This document shows, one piece after another, positions 1 through 12,122 of a stretch of DNA of 64,000 nucleotides (position 1 is the stretch's first letter; every line of letters starts with the position of its first letter). The translations under genes were made by a program, and so were the position numbers. This DNA is from Callorhinchus milii (taxonomy: Eukaryota), in contig NW_024704742.1 of the NCBI RefSeq assembly GCF_018977255.1, forward strand, positions 19,160,001 to 19,224,000, in the 5' to 3' direction. Under the pieces are notes generated by a model that worked only from the letters and a program-made list of their open reading frames with translations, made no database searches and was not told the origin of the DNA.

Positions 1-391
1 CATTTCCTTAATCTCCCTAGTTGGCATTTTTTGCTCCGTCATAGTTTCAGATGGTTACCTTGACATGAGGAACAGACTATGCTTTATCTGTGCTATTTTT
101 AAATCTGTGTATCACAGCAGTTCATAAATGTACAGCAAGTTGCAGAGATAAGCATTGAATCAAATTCCAAACCTGACAACACTGTTTTAAACATACATTC
201 TGATAGCTCATTTAATATGCAACATTGTGTGGTATGCACTTATTAAGATGGAATACAGTTTAAATGCTGCTTGACTTTCGTGGGATGATCTCTCCTGTGC
301 AGTATAACAGGGGCTGATTAATTTGGCCTCAGTGACTCTGAGCTGAGGATGTAAGAAAACCATCCAAAATTCCTGTTTCTGAGCATCAGCC

Positions 392-1312
392 AATAATAAT
401 AATAATCCTTGAATTTGATATAGCACTTTATCACGTCTTAGCGACGTCTCAAAGCACTTCACAGAATATACTGTAAAGTGAATTGACTGTATATTTTGTG
501 GCCGAAACGCAGCAGCCAATTGCGTACAGCAACAACAAAATTACATTTATAGAGCGCCTTTCACATCAGTAGGATGTCCCAAGGTGCCGGACAGTCAGGG
601 GTCAAGACCCAAGCATGGGTGAGGGGTGGGGTAGGGGTGAGGGAAGGCAGAGAGGTGGGAGGGCAACTGAAGGCACGATCAAAGAAGAGGGTCTTGAGAC
701 CAACCTTGAAGGAGGCAAGGGAGGAAGCGAGGTGAAGTAACTGTGGGATGGAGTTTCAGAGTGTGGGGCAGAGAGGCTGAAAGCTCAGCCACCGATGGTA
801 GGGCAGGTCGGGCGGGAGACATAGAGCAGGCCTGCTGAACGGAAGGAGCGGGCAGGTTGGTAGAGAGTCAACAGGTCAGAGAGGTAGGACGGGGCAAGGC
901 CATGGATGGCCTTGAAAGTGAGGACGAGGATCTTGAATTCGATCCTCTGGGGGATGGGGAGCCAGTGGAGTTGGGTGAGCGTGGGAGTGATGAGGTCACG
1001 GAGCCTGGTGCGCGAGACGAGCTGCAGAGTTTTGGATAATCTGCAGCTTGCAAAGGGAAGGGAAACAGTGGGACAGTAGTGTCCCACAAACAGTCATGGA
1101 GTGAAGTGTCCAATTTATTTATTTTTTTTAAGGAATTTTTATGCCCGGAAAAGCAATCCACCAATTGACTAACAACTGGGTTCCTAGTTACTGCTAGGTA
1201 AACAGAGCCGTGTGGAGTAAGGAAACTTGCTCAACATTTCGCCCTGCCGGGAATCAAACCCAGGTCTCTTGCTTGTGAGAGGATAGCTCTAACCACTGAG
1301 CTACAGGGCTCC
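392..1312 (-). mobile_element. tRNA-headed CORE-like SINE (long variant), split by an L2 insertion at ~531-1072
   Basis: Tail (AAT)n-ccttgaatttgatatagc at 392-530. The body resumes at ~1073 (gtgtcccacaaacagtc) and runs through ttactgctaggtaaacagag and ggagtaaggaaacttg to the tRNA-like head ctctaaccactgagctacagggctcc. Confidence 0.85.
531..1072 (-). mobile_element. L2 LINE 3' fragment
   Basis: (AAC)n tail. ORF 785..1087 contains ITPTLTQLHWLPIPQRIEFKILVLTFKAIHGLAPSYLSDLL, the typical L2 ORF2 C-terminus. Confidence 0.92.
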
Positions 1313-1337
1313 CGTGTCAATGATCCCCATTGTGGCT

Positions 1338-1410
1338 CAACAACAACAGCAACACCAAGATTACATTTGTATAGTGCCTTTCACGTCAGGAGGACGTCCC
1401 AAGGCGCTGG
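1338..1410 (-). mobile_element. L2 extreme 3' end (short)
   Basis: aacaacaac...ttacatttgtatagtgcctttcacgtcaggaggacgtcccaaggcgctgg, the same terminus as the longer L2 copies. Confidence 0.8.
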
Positions 1411-2295
1411 AAGTTTTTACCTCACTATCACTCTCCAAACCTTATAATCCACTCCACCATTGCTGAGTGAGCTTTCAGCTAATCTGTCCCAATTCTCCGG
1501 AACTCCAACTCAGACTGCCTCCACCTTGCTCGACTACTTTCCCTTCAAAATTCGACCATGCCTGTTGCTTAAACTATATTCCGGATGAATGAGATCAAAT
1601 GAGCAAATGTACCTTCTTCACCCGAAACCTCTCCTATGATCTACTTGAAGTTAAAACTTGAGTTTAGCAATGTAAAAACAAAACAAATAACAAAAATAGA
1701 AATTAAATACATTCAAAATAGACAATTTGTGCCTCGATTTGTGCAGCAGCAAAGAGTTCCTGTTGAATCCTGAATAAAACATTAACAGTTCCATGGGAAC
1801 ATGTGAAATCCATTAGTTTTACATTAATATTCCAAATGTCTGTTTTCAGAATTGAGGCAGGATTGCTCAGGATCCCAGTGTTTAAAATCCAAATGGTGAT
1901 GCATTTTAACCTTCCTCTACAATATACTTATCACTTGACACAGATGGAATTTGTTTTTGTTTACATACAAATAAATACTGCAGTCTGAATTTATAAGATT
2001 AGATGCATGCAGATGTAAGCTAAAGGGTATGGGTAAAGAGTATGTAAATAGGACTGGAAAAGAGTCGATCCAGACAAAAAGGACTATCTGTAAATTTCTA
2101 TGCTTCTATGTTTTTGGTCAGGACAGGATCATTCTTGGCTGAAACAGAACCAAGGTCAATTCACCCATCATCTCTCAGTGACCAGGTTCATACATGAAGA
2201 ATACTCACTTGGGTGGGTGAAGTACTTGAAGACAGATGTGGAAGTGAACCTTCAGGAGAATAGGAAAGAAAATTGAAAATTTCTGACACGATTAC

Positions 2296-2763
2296 TCAAA
2301 CGCCCTCCTCGCAAGTGTCCCCTGCTCCTCTATTCACAATATTTAAATAATTCAAACCTCCACTGCCTGCATTCTCACCCGTATTAAACTCAATACCTCC
2401 ATTATCCCAGTCATTATCAAACTCTATTAGCTCCCTGTCACAGACCGGATCAATTTCAAGATCCTCACTCTTGTATTTAAATTCTTTCACGCCCTGGTAC
2501 CCCCCTATCTCTCCAACCTGCTCTCTCCCTACACCACTACCTGCTTTCAGCCACTACACCCCAAAGCTGTGGAACTCTCTCTCTCAAACCCTTTGCCTGG
2601 CCCCCTCTCCCCATTTTCAGGTCTTGCTTGAAGACCTTCCTCTTCAACCGTGTCTACGGTCACCTTTCCCCTTCCACTGGCTCGGCATAGAGCTCCACCA
2701 CTGTTAAGTGCTCAAAGACACTGTGCAGCATGAAGGGAGCTATATAAATGCAAGTTGTTGTTT
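2296..2763 (+). mobile_element. Decayed L2 3' fragment
   Basis: atcaatttcaagatcctcactcttgtatttaaa (IxFKILTLV), ctgtggaactctct (LWNSL), terminal tatataaatgcaagttgttgtt. Confidence 0.8.
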
Positions 2764-4119
2764 ATTGACCACACCAATAGTTATATATGCATATTTATAT
2801 ATGTCAGCTTATTGGTAAGATGCCAATGTCTCCATGCTGCTGACTCTGACTTCTTTAATCTTCATGGCCTCTTTCTTGTTAAAGAACCAATTCACTTAAC
2901 AGCTGCACACCCTTGGTATTTGGTTCATCCCTTACCTTTATTTCTTCCCTCATATATGATCTATAACCAAATCTGTTTTTCTACGTCTGTAGCCAGCCAG
3001 CCCACATCCCTATTCATGCCTTCACAATTGACTTCTCAAATGCCTTCCTCTCCAGTTTCTCCAAAAGTCTGCAGCCAACATCCTTATCCATCCTCCCCAA
3101 GCTTCATTGGTTTCCTGTATCCCAATAGATCAATTTCAAGAAGGATGAGTGTTATTAATGATGAGCAGGTTGCTATGAAGTCTGGTTGAGACCAGAATAC
3201 TAGACTCATAAAAATGCAGTTTGATACTGAAATAGAGGATGATAGGATGGGTTTTCTGGAAGAATTAGATCAAATGGGCCAAAGGGTATCCGAACCAATC
3301 TTGTGATCTTTGATCTTGTGAAACTCATTGACCTATTAGACAGAAAAAATTGACCCAATTGTCTGTGATGACCATCTTCTCCTTATAACATGAATATGGA
3401 ATTGTAGCTAGTGAAGGAACTGTTATAACAATAATAATCCTCACATTTGGTATAGTGACTTTCATTGTCGGAAAGATATATTAAAATGCTTCACAAGATT
3501 TACTGTAAAGTCTAGAGACTGTATATTTTAGGCAAACACTTAATTTTCAAAAATTATTTAGAAAATGATTTATTCATTATTGATTCCGTACTACAAAAAA
3601 AAGATGTTTGTAGTATTAGAATACATTTTCGGCAATCGTACATATTTCCATTTATCTGTCCCCAAATCTCAATGCCTTATGTATTCTCTTGCCATCTTCA
3701 AGAGTTACTTGAAACATATTTGCTTCATTGTGCCTTTTGTCAAAATCCTTAAACTTTGATTGAAGCATTCCAAAATTCTACCCCATCTGAAGGGTGCTCT
3801 GTGAATGCAAGTTGTTGTTGTTGTTGTTAAACTCCTTTTCCTTTCCCCCTGCTTATGGATTCATTGATCTAAAGTGCTTAAAGAAACTCCATCCTACATG
3901 AAAGATCCATGTTTGTAGTGGTAGTTATTGATCTAAATTGTTCACATTGCTTTTGAGAAGCTCCAGAAATATTTTTAATAATGTTTTGTAAAAAAGTACA
4001 AGTCAATCCAGCTGGAGCATACGTTGATTCTGATCTGGTCTTAATGTTGCAGGAAACATTGGCAAGCAAGCAGGGCCAAATCCCACAGGCAATAACATTT
4101 TGATTAACCTTGAGAGTTG

Positions 4120-4510
4120 TCTCTTCCTCCCCTCCCAACTCCCACTTCCCAAGGGCAGAATTCTATAAATGCCAGAAGATCTTTTTTATATTTAGCTACT
4201 GATGAATGGTATAATTTGTCTGGAAGCATGCAATCTTGCATAAACTGTTACACTCGTAGGAGTTCACTTGTCAGCTTTCCTTATCAGGCGTCAAATGTGC
4301 AGCCATAAATATCAAAATTCATGCGGAAATGTATAAAAAGTATATTCTAAAGTTTTTTTTAGTTTGCATTTCGTGTGTGTTATAAATATTAATAATTCAT
4401 TTGGAACATGTAACAGTATTGTCAGTGTTTATATGCTGCAGGCTTGTTAAACAGTTGATGGTTGAACAATTTAATGGATAAATGGATAAATGTCGTCTTC
4501 AATTAAATAA
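4120..4510 (+). mobile_element. Very old LINE 3' remnant (Crack/Jockey-group-like)
   Basis: ORF 4117..4308 reads RRSFLYLATDEWYNLS, resembling the SF-Y---WN-LP motif at the end of CR1-group ORF2. It is followed by an AT-rich 3'UTR-like stretch. Confidence 0.35.
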
Positions 4511-4779
4511 CTTGTAAATAATTCCCATTTTTATGAACTTTAGCAAATATTTTCCATTTTGTCCACAGTGTTATCTGTTAGTGTTAGATTTATTGGGAAT
4601 GTGCAGCCCAATGTGTAAATGGAAATTCTCAGCACATGAATTACACTTCTAAGATCATAGACTGAAGCAATTTCTTGCAGGATGCTGAGATCCGTTTTGC
4701 TCTCCATCAGCTTGTGTGAAAATAGAAACCCAAGCTGACCTTATCACCTGTTTCTTCCTGTACTCAATTTATAATTATT

Positions 4780-4912
4780 CTATGGGCAATAGGGAGAGCG
4801 CGGGGGAATGGGATTGATTTGGATAGCTCTTTTAAAAGCGGCGGCACAGACTCGATGGACCGAATGGCCTCCTTCTGTGCCATATAATTCTATGATTCTA
4901 TTATTCTATGAC
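4780..4912 (+). mobile_element. CR1 LINE 3' end
   Basis: ggcacagactcgatggaccgaatggcctccttctgtgc followed by the (attctatg)n CR1 tail. Reverse-complement match to 46563-46640. Confidence 0.88.
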
Positions 4913-4937
4913 ACTGCAATATTTAAGTGATTTGTTT

Positions 4938-5111
4938 TAATAATAATAATAATAATAATCCTTGCATTTGATATAGCGCTTTTCACGTCGGGAGGACGTC
5001 CCAAAGCGCTTCACAGAACACACTGTAAAGTGAATTGACTGTATAATTGTGGGCGAACGCGGCAGCCAATTGCGCACAGCAATGTCCCACAAACAGTCGT
5101 AGATTGAAAAT
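4938..5111 (-). mobile_element. 5'-truncated young SINE (tail only)
   Basis: Matches 39234-39388 with a single mismatch over ~155 bp; CpGs are intact. Confidence 0.92.
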
Positions 5112-5149
5112 TATATGTTTTCATATGAGCCTCATAAGAAAAACATGTG

Positions 5150-5450
5150 CCTCAGCCTGGTTCAGTTGCCAGCACTCTCACCTCTGAGTCAGCAAGTTGT
5201 GTTCACAGTATGGTTGACACTCCAATGCTGCGGTGGAGGGGGGACCATTGTAGGAGATGCTGTCTTTCAGATGAGTCATTAAACCACGAACATGTCATTC
5301 TGCGCAGCTGCATATTAAACATCGAATGAGATTATTCAAAGAAAGAAAGGCGTATCTCCAGGTGTACTGGCTAAAAATGCCCAGGTAGAAATTGGTCATT
5401 CACTTCATTGGCTTTGTGGGGACACTGCTCTGCTCAAATTGGCTGCCCAA
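5150..5450 (+). mobile_element. Deu-domain SINE (SacSINE1/DeuSINE-like)
   Basis: tRNA-like head cagcctggttcagttgccagcactctcacctctgagtcag plus Deu-domain ggagatgctgtctttcagatgagtcattaaacc. Confidence 0.75.
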
Positions 5451-5635
5451 ATAATAGATACCCAAAATATCCAGTGATGATGGAGATGACCTCAGAGGCC
5501 AGCTAATTTAGCGTGAAAAGCCAGCCAGAGCACGGGAAGCGAGTGGCCGGCTGTGCACATGTGCACAAAATGGGGTCCAAAATGCAACCAGTGTATGTTT
5601 TATAATGGGTCTGCCTTCTATCTGCTTCTGACATT

Positions 5636-5940
5636 TCACGTCCCCTGCCTCCCTTGCCCCACTATTGGCGAGCGGGCCTTCGGCCTCTCTGCCCTCAACA
5701 TCTGGAACTCCATCCCGCAGTCCCTCCACCTCGCCCCCTCCCTTGCCACCTTCAAGACCCATCTCAAGACCCTCCTCCTCTTCGACCGTGCTTTCGATCT
5801 CCCTGCTTGCCCCCACCCTGCCCTCCACCCTCCCCGATCCTGACCCCCAGCTTGGGTCTATAACTCTGTCGGTCCAGCACCTTGGGACGACCTCCCGACA
5901 TGAAAGGCACTTTACAAATGTAATTTTGTTGTTGTTGCTG
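5636..5940 (+). mobile_element. L2 3' fragment
   Basis: TIGERAFGLSALNIWNSIPQSLHLAPSLATFKTHLKT in ORF 5553..5843; tail aatgtaattttgttgttgttg. Confidence 0.92.
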
Positions 5941-6418
5941 TCTATGTGACATTCTTCTGGAGAACATTAGGTGGTCAGAACAAGTGGACTGACTAAAATG
6001 GGAATAAAAAAGAGATACAGGAGGAGTTACATTACACTGCTATGTGCAAATTGGCTGTTGAATTTACCTCCAAGTACATAGTCATGACACTTTACAGGAA
6101 TTCTACTGGAATGGGGAGATGATATCCTGAGCAAAGCACCCATAATTCACTTTGTCCTTCAAACAGATCCATCACTCCAGTGATCAGAATTCTGGAATAT
6201 ACATCTATCCAGGTTGGGTTAGATTCTTAATGCTTGTATCGCATAACGGTCTCTTTAAATGGTATTAATACAGTTCTCTTCATTGGGCCTCCCAAGTATG
6301 TTCAACAGGTCACTAAGCAGCAGAGCTGGAATCAATTTGCACTGCAGTGTTTAGTGAAGAGATATAATTCTAAGGACCGTTGCAAGGTGATATCGGGAAC
6401 AAGGCTTCACCAAAATTC

Positions 6419-6836
6419 AACAACAACAACTTTCATTTATATAGCACCCCTCACACAGGTAGTGTCCCACAGTGCTCGGCAGTGCATGATGCCGAACCAG
6501 GGGGAGGGCGAGGTGACCATAGACATGGTCGGAGAGGAAGATCTTCAGGTGCAACCTCAAGTTGGAGAAGGAGCCACCGAGGTGCAGGGATAGAGGAAGA
6601 GTGTTTCAGAGTTTCGGAGCATAGTGGCTGAAAATGTGGCCACCGATGGTGGAAAGGAGGGCATGAGGAACATGGGGTTAGTCAGTCGAGCAGAGGCGGC
6701 GAGTAGTGGGTTGGGGAGTAAGCAAGTCAACAGCAAGTCGGAGAGGTAGGGAGGTGCAGGGCATCAAGAGATTTGAAGACAAGGGTCAAGATCTTGAAAT
6801 CGATCTGTTCGGTGATAGGGAAGCATTGGAGCCTGC
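6419..6836 (-). mobile_element. L2 3' fragment
   Basis: (AAC)n tail, ccaccgatggtgg, and gatcttgaaatcgatc (antisense of IDFKIL). Confidence 0.82.
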
Positions 6837-7621
6837 CTAGAACTCCTATGAATCGGAGTTCACTCTGGGTCAACCCAAATTTATACTTAAGGTTTATAAT
6901 GCAAACTGTGACACTTGCAAATTAGATTCCAATGTTTGTGAATTTTGGATTTTGTGGGAGTTTCACAAAACAATGAATCACAAATCCCAGCCTAGCAAAA
7001 TATGAAATCAAAGCCCACAAGATTTTTAATATTTATTATATATTATTTATTATATATAGACATTCAGTCTTTCGGTCCCCATTTTGCTCACTAGTCTATT
7101 CTCACACTATAGCGACTTGGAACCAGTAAGTTGCAAACCATAATTTCCAATTTATGCAAAGAGCTTCGTAAATTTGACCCAAATTTCATTCAGGTTAAAG
7201 CTATAGTGATAATTGAACACTGAGCATTGTCTTATCCATTAACTTACCTGTTCCCTGGATTTCCAAATCTTCCCTCCACAAGACCATTCAGAACTCTGCA
7301 GCTCATGACTTCTCCTGCACTAGACTCTATGAATCTTTCACTGTGAGCCTCCTGATATGAAGGGTGCAAAATAATTGTAGTTTATTGTTTTTGTTGTATT
7401 TTTATCATTTACCTTTGTTAGTTATTGCACAATCTATTAATCAATCTATTAAACTATCTATCAATCTATTAAACTAGTGTTAAAGACTTCACCTCCCGTT
7501 TAAATGACTTGGGTCATGTTTTATTTTCCAATAACGTGTTCAATTGCTAGCTGCTCTCTATGTTATCTTTATTGCTTAACTATTAGACAATACGGTAGCA
7601 TTATACTTGCATCAGCTGATA

Positions 7622-7944
7622 GGAGTCCTGTTGCTCAGTGGTTAGAGCACTCGCTTTGCAAGTGAGAGACCTGAGTTCAATTCCAGGCAGAGGGCGAAAC
7701 CTTGGACAAGTTTCCTTACTCCACACAGAGCCTAATAATAATCCCTCCAAAACAAAAAAACAATAATAAATTGGTCATTTTCAATCTACGACTGTTTGTG
7801 GGACATTGCTGTGCGCAATTGGCTGCCGCGTTCGCCCACAAATATACAGTCAATTCACTTTACAGTGTGTTCTGTGAAGCACTTTGGGACGTCCTCCCGA
7901 TGTGAAAAGCGCTATATCAAATGCAAGGATTATTATTATTATTA
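7622..7944 (+). mobile_element. Full-length young tRNA(Ala)-like SINE, short (CORE-deleted) variant
   Basis: A box tgctcagtggttagagc, B box gagttcaattcc, anticodon-like ctttgcaa, accttggacaagtttccttactccac, and shared tail ending aatgcaaggat(tat)n. Confidence 0.93.
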
Positions 7945-8122
7945 TATATGTTCATGTTGAAAATACATTACTTTGAGGAGTAGTATAATCAAATTATTTT
8001 CTCCATTTCCTTTGAGTTGGCGTTCATGACAAATGCCCTTGACTGTATTGCTGAGCATCGATTTTATCCCCCACCAACCCACTCACTCACACTTCAATTA
8101 TAACTAATACAAATGCTCTGAT

Positions 8123-9945
8123 ACAACAACAAGATTACATTTGTATAGCGCCTTTCATGTTGGGAGGACATCCCAAGGTGCTGGACAGAGTACAGCAATT
8201 CAGACCTGAGCTGGGGTTGGGGGACAAGGGAGGGGAGGGGAAGGGGGTTGGCCGATGGCATGGTTGAAGAGGAGGGTCTTGAGGTGGGACTTGAAGGAGG
8301 CTAAGGAGAGGACGAGGCAGAGTGACTGGGCGATGGAATTCAAGGGGTTGGGGGCAGAGTGGCTGAAGGCTCTCCCACCAACGGTGGGGCGGGTGGGTCG
8401 GGGGACACGGAACAGGCTGGAGCTGGCTGAGTGGAGGGAACAGGGTTAGTAGGTTGCAGAGGCCATGGTGGCTTTGTATGTGAGGACCAGGATCTTGAAC
8501 TGGATCCTCTGAAGGATAACGAGCCAATGGAGTTGGGTGAGAGTGGGGGTGATGGGGATGCAGAGTTTGGTGCGGGAGAGGACACAGGCTGCAGAGTTCT
8601 AGGTTATCTGCAGCCTGTGGAGGGAATAGTTGGGAGGCCGACAAGCAGGGCATTTGCATAGTCGAGCCTGGAGGTGATGAAGGCATGCACAAGAGTTTCA
8701 GCGGCCTGAGGGGTGAGGTAGTGACGGAGTCAGGCGATGTTACGGAGGTGAGGGAAGGCAGAGCGGGTCATGGTTTGAATGTGGGGGAGAAAAGACAGTT
8801 GAGGGTCGAACAAGACACCTAGGTTCCTGACTGGCTTGGTGAGTTGTAGTGTGCAACCATGGAGGTTGGTGCTGCCTGAGCCTGAGGTGCTGAAATTTGC
8901 CCTCATCTAGGACTTGATGTCTGACAGGCAGTCTGTCAGGACAGCAGTGTTCTTGGAGTTGAGGGTGGAGGCAGAAAGATAGAGTTGGGTGTCATCCGCA
9001 TACATGTGGAAGTTGATCCCATGTCTGCAGACGATGTCACCAAGGGGGAGCATGTAGATATTAAAGAGGAGAGGGCCAAGGACAGAGCTCTGGGGGACAC
9101 CAGATGTGACAGTGCGGAGAAATCGTTAGAGGAAACAAAGTGGAAATGGTGAGAGAGATAGGAATCGAACCCAGGCAAGGGCAAATCCGTGAAGATTGAG
9201 TAAAGCGGAGAAGCGGTGTATGAGGATGGAGTGATCAACAGGCGGCAGAGAGGTCGAGGAGGACAAGGAGGCAGAGGGAGACCTGATTACAGATATTCAG
9301 AATGTCATTAGTGACTTTGACCAGGGCTGTTTCCGTGCTGTGAGCAGCGCAGAAGCCAGATTGGAGGGCTTCAAAGAGGGAATGGCGAGAAAGGAAGGAG
9401 CAGCTGGGACACGATGACTCGTTCTAGGAGCTTGGAGAGGAATGGGAGGTAGGAGATGGGGTGGTAGCTGGAGAGCAGGGATGGATACAGGGAAGGTTTT
9501 TTCAAGATGGGGATGACGTTGGCAGTTTTTAGGGGGGTGGGAACTGAACCAATGGACAAGGAGAGGTTGATGACATCAGACAGGAGAGTGGCCAGAATGT
9601 GGAGCTGGGAGATAAGGAGAAAGATGGGGATGGGATCGAGGGAGCAGGTGGTGAGTTTGAGTTTGCGGACAGTTGTGGTGAGGGAGGAGGGAGAGATAGG
9701 GTCGAAGGAGTGTAGGGGGGGATGGGTGGGGGGTGGGTCATGAGGGAGAGGTGATGTGGTGGTGGCTGTGGACGGGGCTGAGGTGGCTGAACGCATCCCC
9801 TCAATTTTGGATTTGAGGAAGTCCAGCATCTCCTTACAATTGGAGTTTGAGGAGAGGATGGGCGAGGTATGGGAAGGTGGATGGAGGAGACGGTTTGTGG
9901 TGGAAAAGAGAAGCCTGAGGTTGTCCTTTGCCTCCAAAATAACCT
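8123..9945 (-). mobile_element. L2 LINE, ~1.8 kb 5'-truncated, frameshifted RT pseudogene
   Basis: CSLDPIP...KTANVIPILKKPSL...YHPISYLPFLSKLLERV (ORF 9371..9952), GFCAAHSTETALVKV region, and MYADDTQ at ~8985-9006 (minus). (AAC)n tail at 8123. Confidence 0.95.
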
Positions 9946-10579
9946 TATACAAGGGAGTGGGTACAGTTGTATTGATTTTTCTTAGCTGCCTGTTTTAAAG
10001 AATATGGTTTGTCAACACGGGCAGCACGGTAAAAAAAACAGAGGTCACACATGTCCTCTAAACTTTTGTGCAATCTGTAATTATGGACTGGAGAATCACT
10101 ATTATTTGATTTTGTTGTAAATGTTTCGACTCACTGAGACATTCAAATAATAAACACGTTTTAAAGCAATACATTTGAATTTGCCAAAGTCAGTTAAGAC
10201 AGAATTCAATAATTTATCAAATTCTGAAATGCTAAGATAAATAGAGTAAATCTGGCCCCAAGTGGATTGTCTCCTACACAGAGCCTAAAACTCACAAAAT
10301 AAAGTCATTCAGCTCAGAGTGACAAAATAGTGGTGCTAAGTCTCTGAATGGACCACATCACCTAGAGAAGGATATTACTAGTGCTGCACTATCTGAACAA
10401 ATAGGGGGGAAAAAGCTATCCCATCAAGGTGACATTTGTGTTGAAGGCAATAATAGAACTGAACAAAGGTGTTTTCAGAATCAGTGCCAGAAATGATGGG
10501 TGTGAACATGCACTTGCATTTGTAAAGTCATTGCAGAAAGATTTGCCAAGTGCTTTTCACTAAAGCTTTTGCCTTTTAT

Positions 10580-10960
10580 AATAATATAATAATTCTTGCA
10601 TTTGATACAGCATTGTAATAATAATAATCCTTGCATTTGATATAGCGCTTTTCACGTCTTCTAGACAACTCAAAGCGCTTCACAGAATATCTCTGAGATC
10701 TCTTAAAGTGCTTCACAGGATTTTATTGTGAATTCTAGTGACTGTATTTGTAGACAATCCTGGTAGTCATATATCCCACAAATAGCCATGAATGAAGTGA
10801 GTGATTAATTTTACCTGGGATATTGTTGGCCAGGACACTGGGAGAAACTCCCTCTTCGAGTGGTCCCATGGGAGTGGTCCTATGAGTGGTCCCATGGGTC
10901 CCTTTAATACCCAGTTCAACAGGACCTCAGCTTAATGCCTAATTCAAAAGATGGAATAGT
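10580..10960 (-). mobile_element. Deu-SINE 3' part with duplicated or compound tails
   Basis: Two tandem aat(t/c)cttgcatttgata termini. Deu-domain antisense ttggccaggacactgggagaaactccc. Confidence 0.75.
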
Positions 10961-11430
10961 TATTAAGTGATGTCGAAATAAAGAAGGCAGAAGCTCCTTC
11001 CTTTTCAATTTCTGTTCATTCAACAGAAACACTGATTTATAGATTTGAATGGGACCATGCGTAATACTCCACATCCTGAAACATTGGTCAGTTTATGTGA
11101 AACCACATGTTCGATACTGACCTAAGAATCATAAGAAAGATTGCACAATGCCAAGCATTATATGTCCATTAATTGTGTAGGAAGACACATAGTGCTGAAT
11201 GGACACGATTTGAATTTTACTGAGCTGAGCAGTTTTCAGTTCCATTTTTAGCCCTTGTGAAGAAGCCTGTGAAGAAACAATATTAATGGCTTCTTGCTTG
11301 TAGTAGGTTAGTGGAGCTAAAGGTTTTCAGTTTATATTGTGGTGGGTCTATTTAACATTTAACCTTATCAAAGCTGATAAAATGAATATCATCTACTTTC
11401 AGATGCACCAAGATAGTATAAAAAAAGGAC

Positions 11431-11774
11431 ATAATAATAATAATCCTTACATTTGATATAGTGCCTTATCACGTCTTCAAAACATCTTGAAGCGCTTCAC
11501 AGAATATGCTGTAAAGTGAATTGACTGTATATTTTGTGGACGAAATGCAGCAGCTAATTGTGCAACAAACAGTCGTGGATTAAAGCGACCAATTTTTTTT
11601 GAGGGAAAAGCGATCCACCAATTTACTAACAACCGGGTTCCTACTTACTGCTAGGTAAACAGAGGTGTGTGGAGTAAGGAAACTCGCCCAACATTTCGCT
11701 CTGCTGGGAATTGAACCTAGGTCTCTCGCTTGCGAGGCGAGGTGAGCACTCTAACCACTGAGCTACAGGACTCC
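11431..11774 (-). mobile_element. Full-length CORE-like SINE (long variant)
   Basis: Tail, cttactgctaggtaaacagaggtgtgtggagtaaggaaac, and head ctctaaccactgagctacaggactcc. Confidence 0.92.
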
Positions 11775-11779
11775 GCATA

Positions 11780-12008
11780 GAATTAAAGCTGCAAAAGATA
11801 ATATCAGGGAGACACCAGGAAATATTTCTATACTAGAGGGTAATTAATAACTAGAATAAGTTACCTGTAAATGTGATTGAGGCCAGGATATTGGACTCAT
11901 TTAATGTGTGCGATGCTGTGATGGGAAAAAGGTAGTTAGATATTTTGGAAGGATGAGATCAAATGGGCTGAAGGGCATCTTCACCTAAACCAATTTTGAT
12001 CTTATGAT
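11780..12008 (+). mobile_element. Old CR1 3' fragment
   Basis: tttctatactagaggg...aataagttacctgtaaatgtgattgaggc (FYTR...N-LP--V-EA); gatcaaatgggctgaaggg. Confidence 0.65.
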
Positions 12009-12122
12009 GGCTCAGAAAAAAAAGGCTGATGGGAAAGTAATTGGATGAATTGGCACAGAGGAAACACACTTTTCGGAACCATACCAATCTATAGACCTCC
12101 AAAGCATTGTCAATGGGTAAGC

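Noticed and set aside
7622..7695. tRNA-Ala-like gene
   Set aside because: It is the head of a SINE: it continues into the SINE body and tail and lacks a proper acceptor stem.
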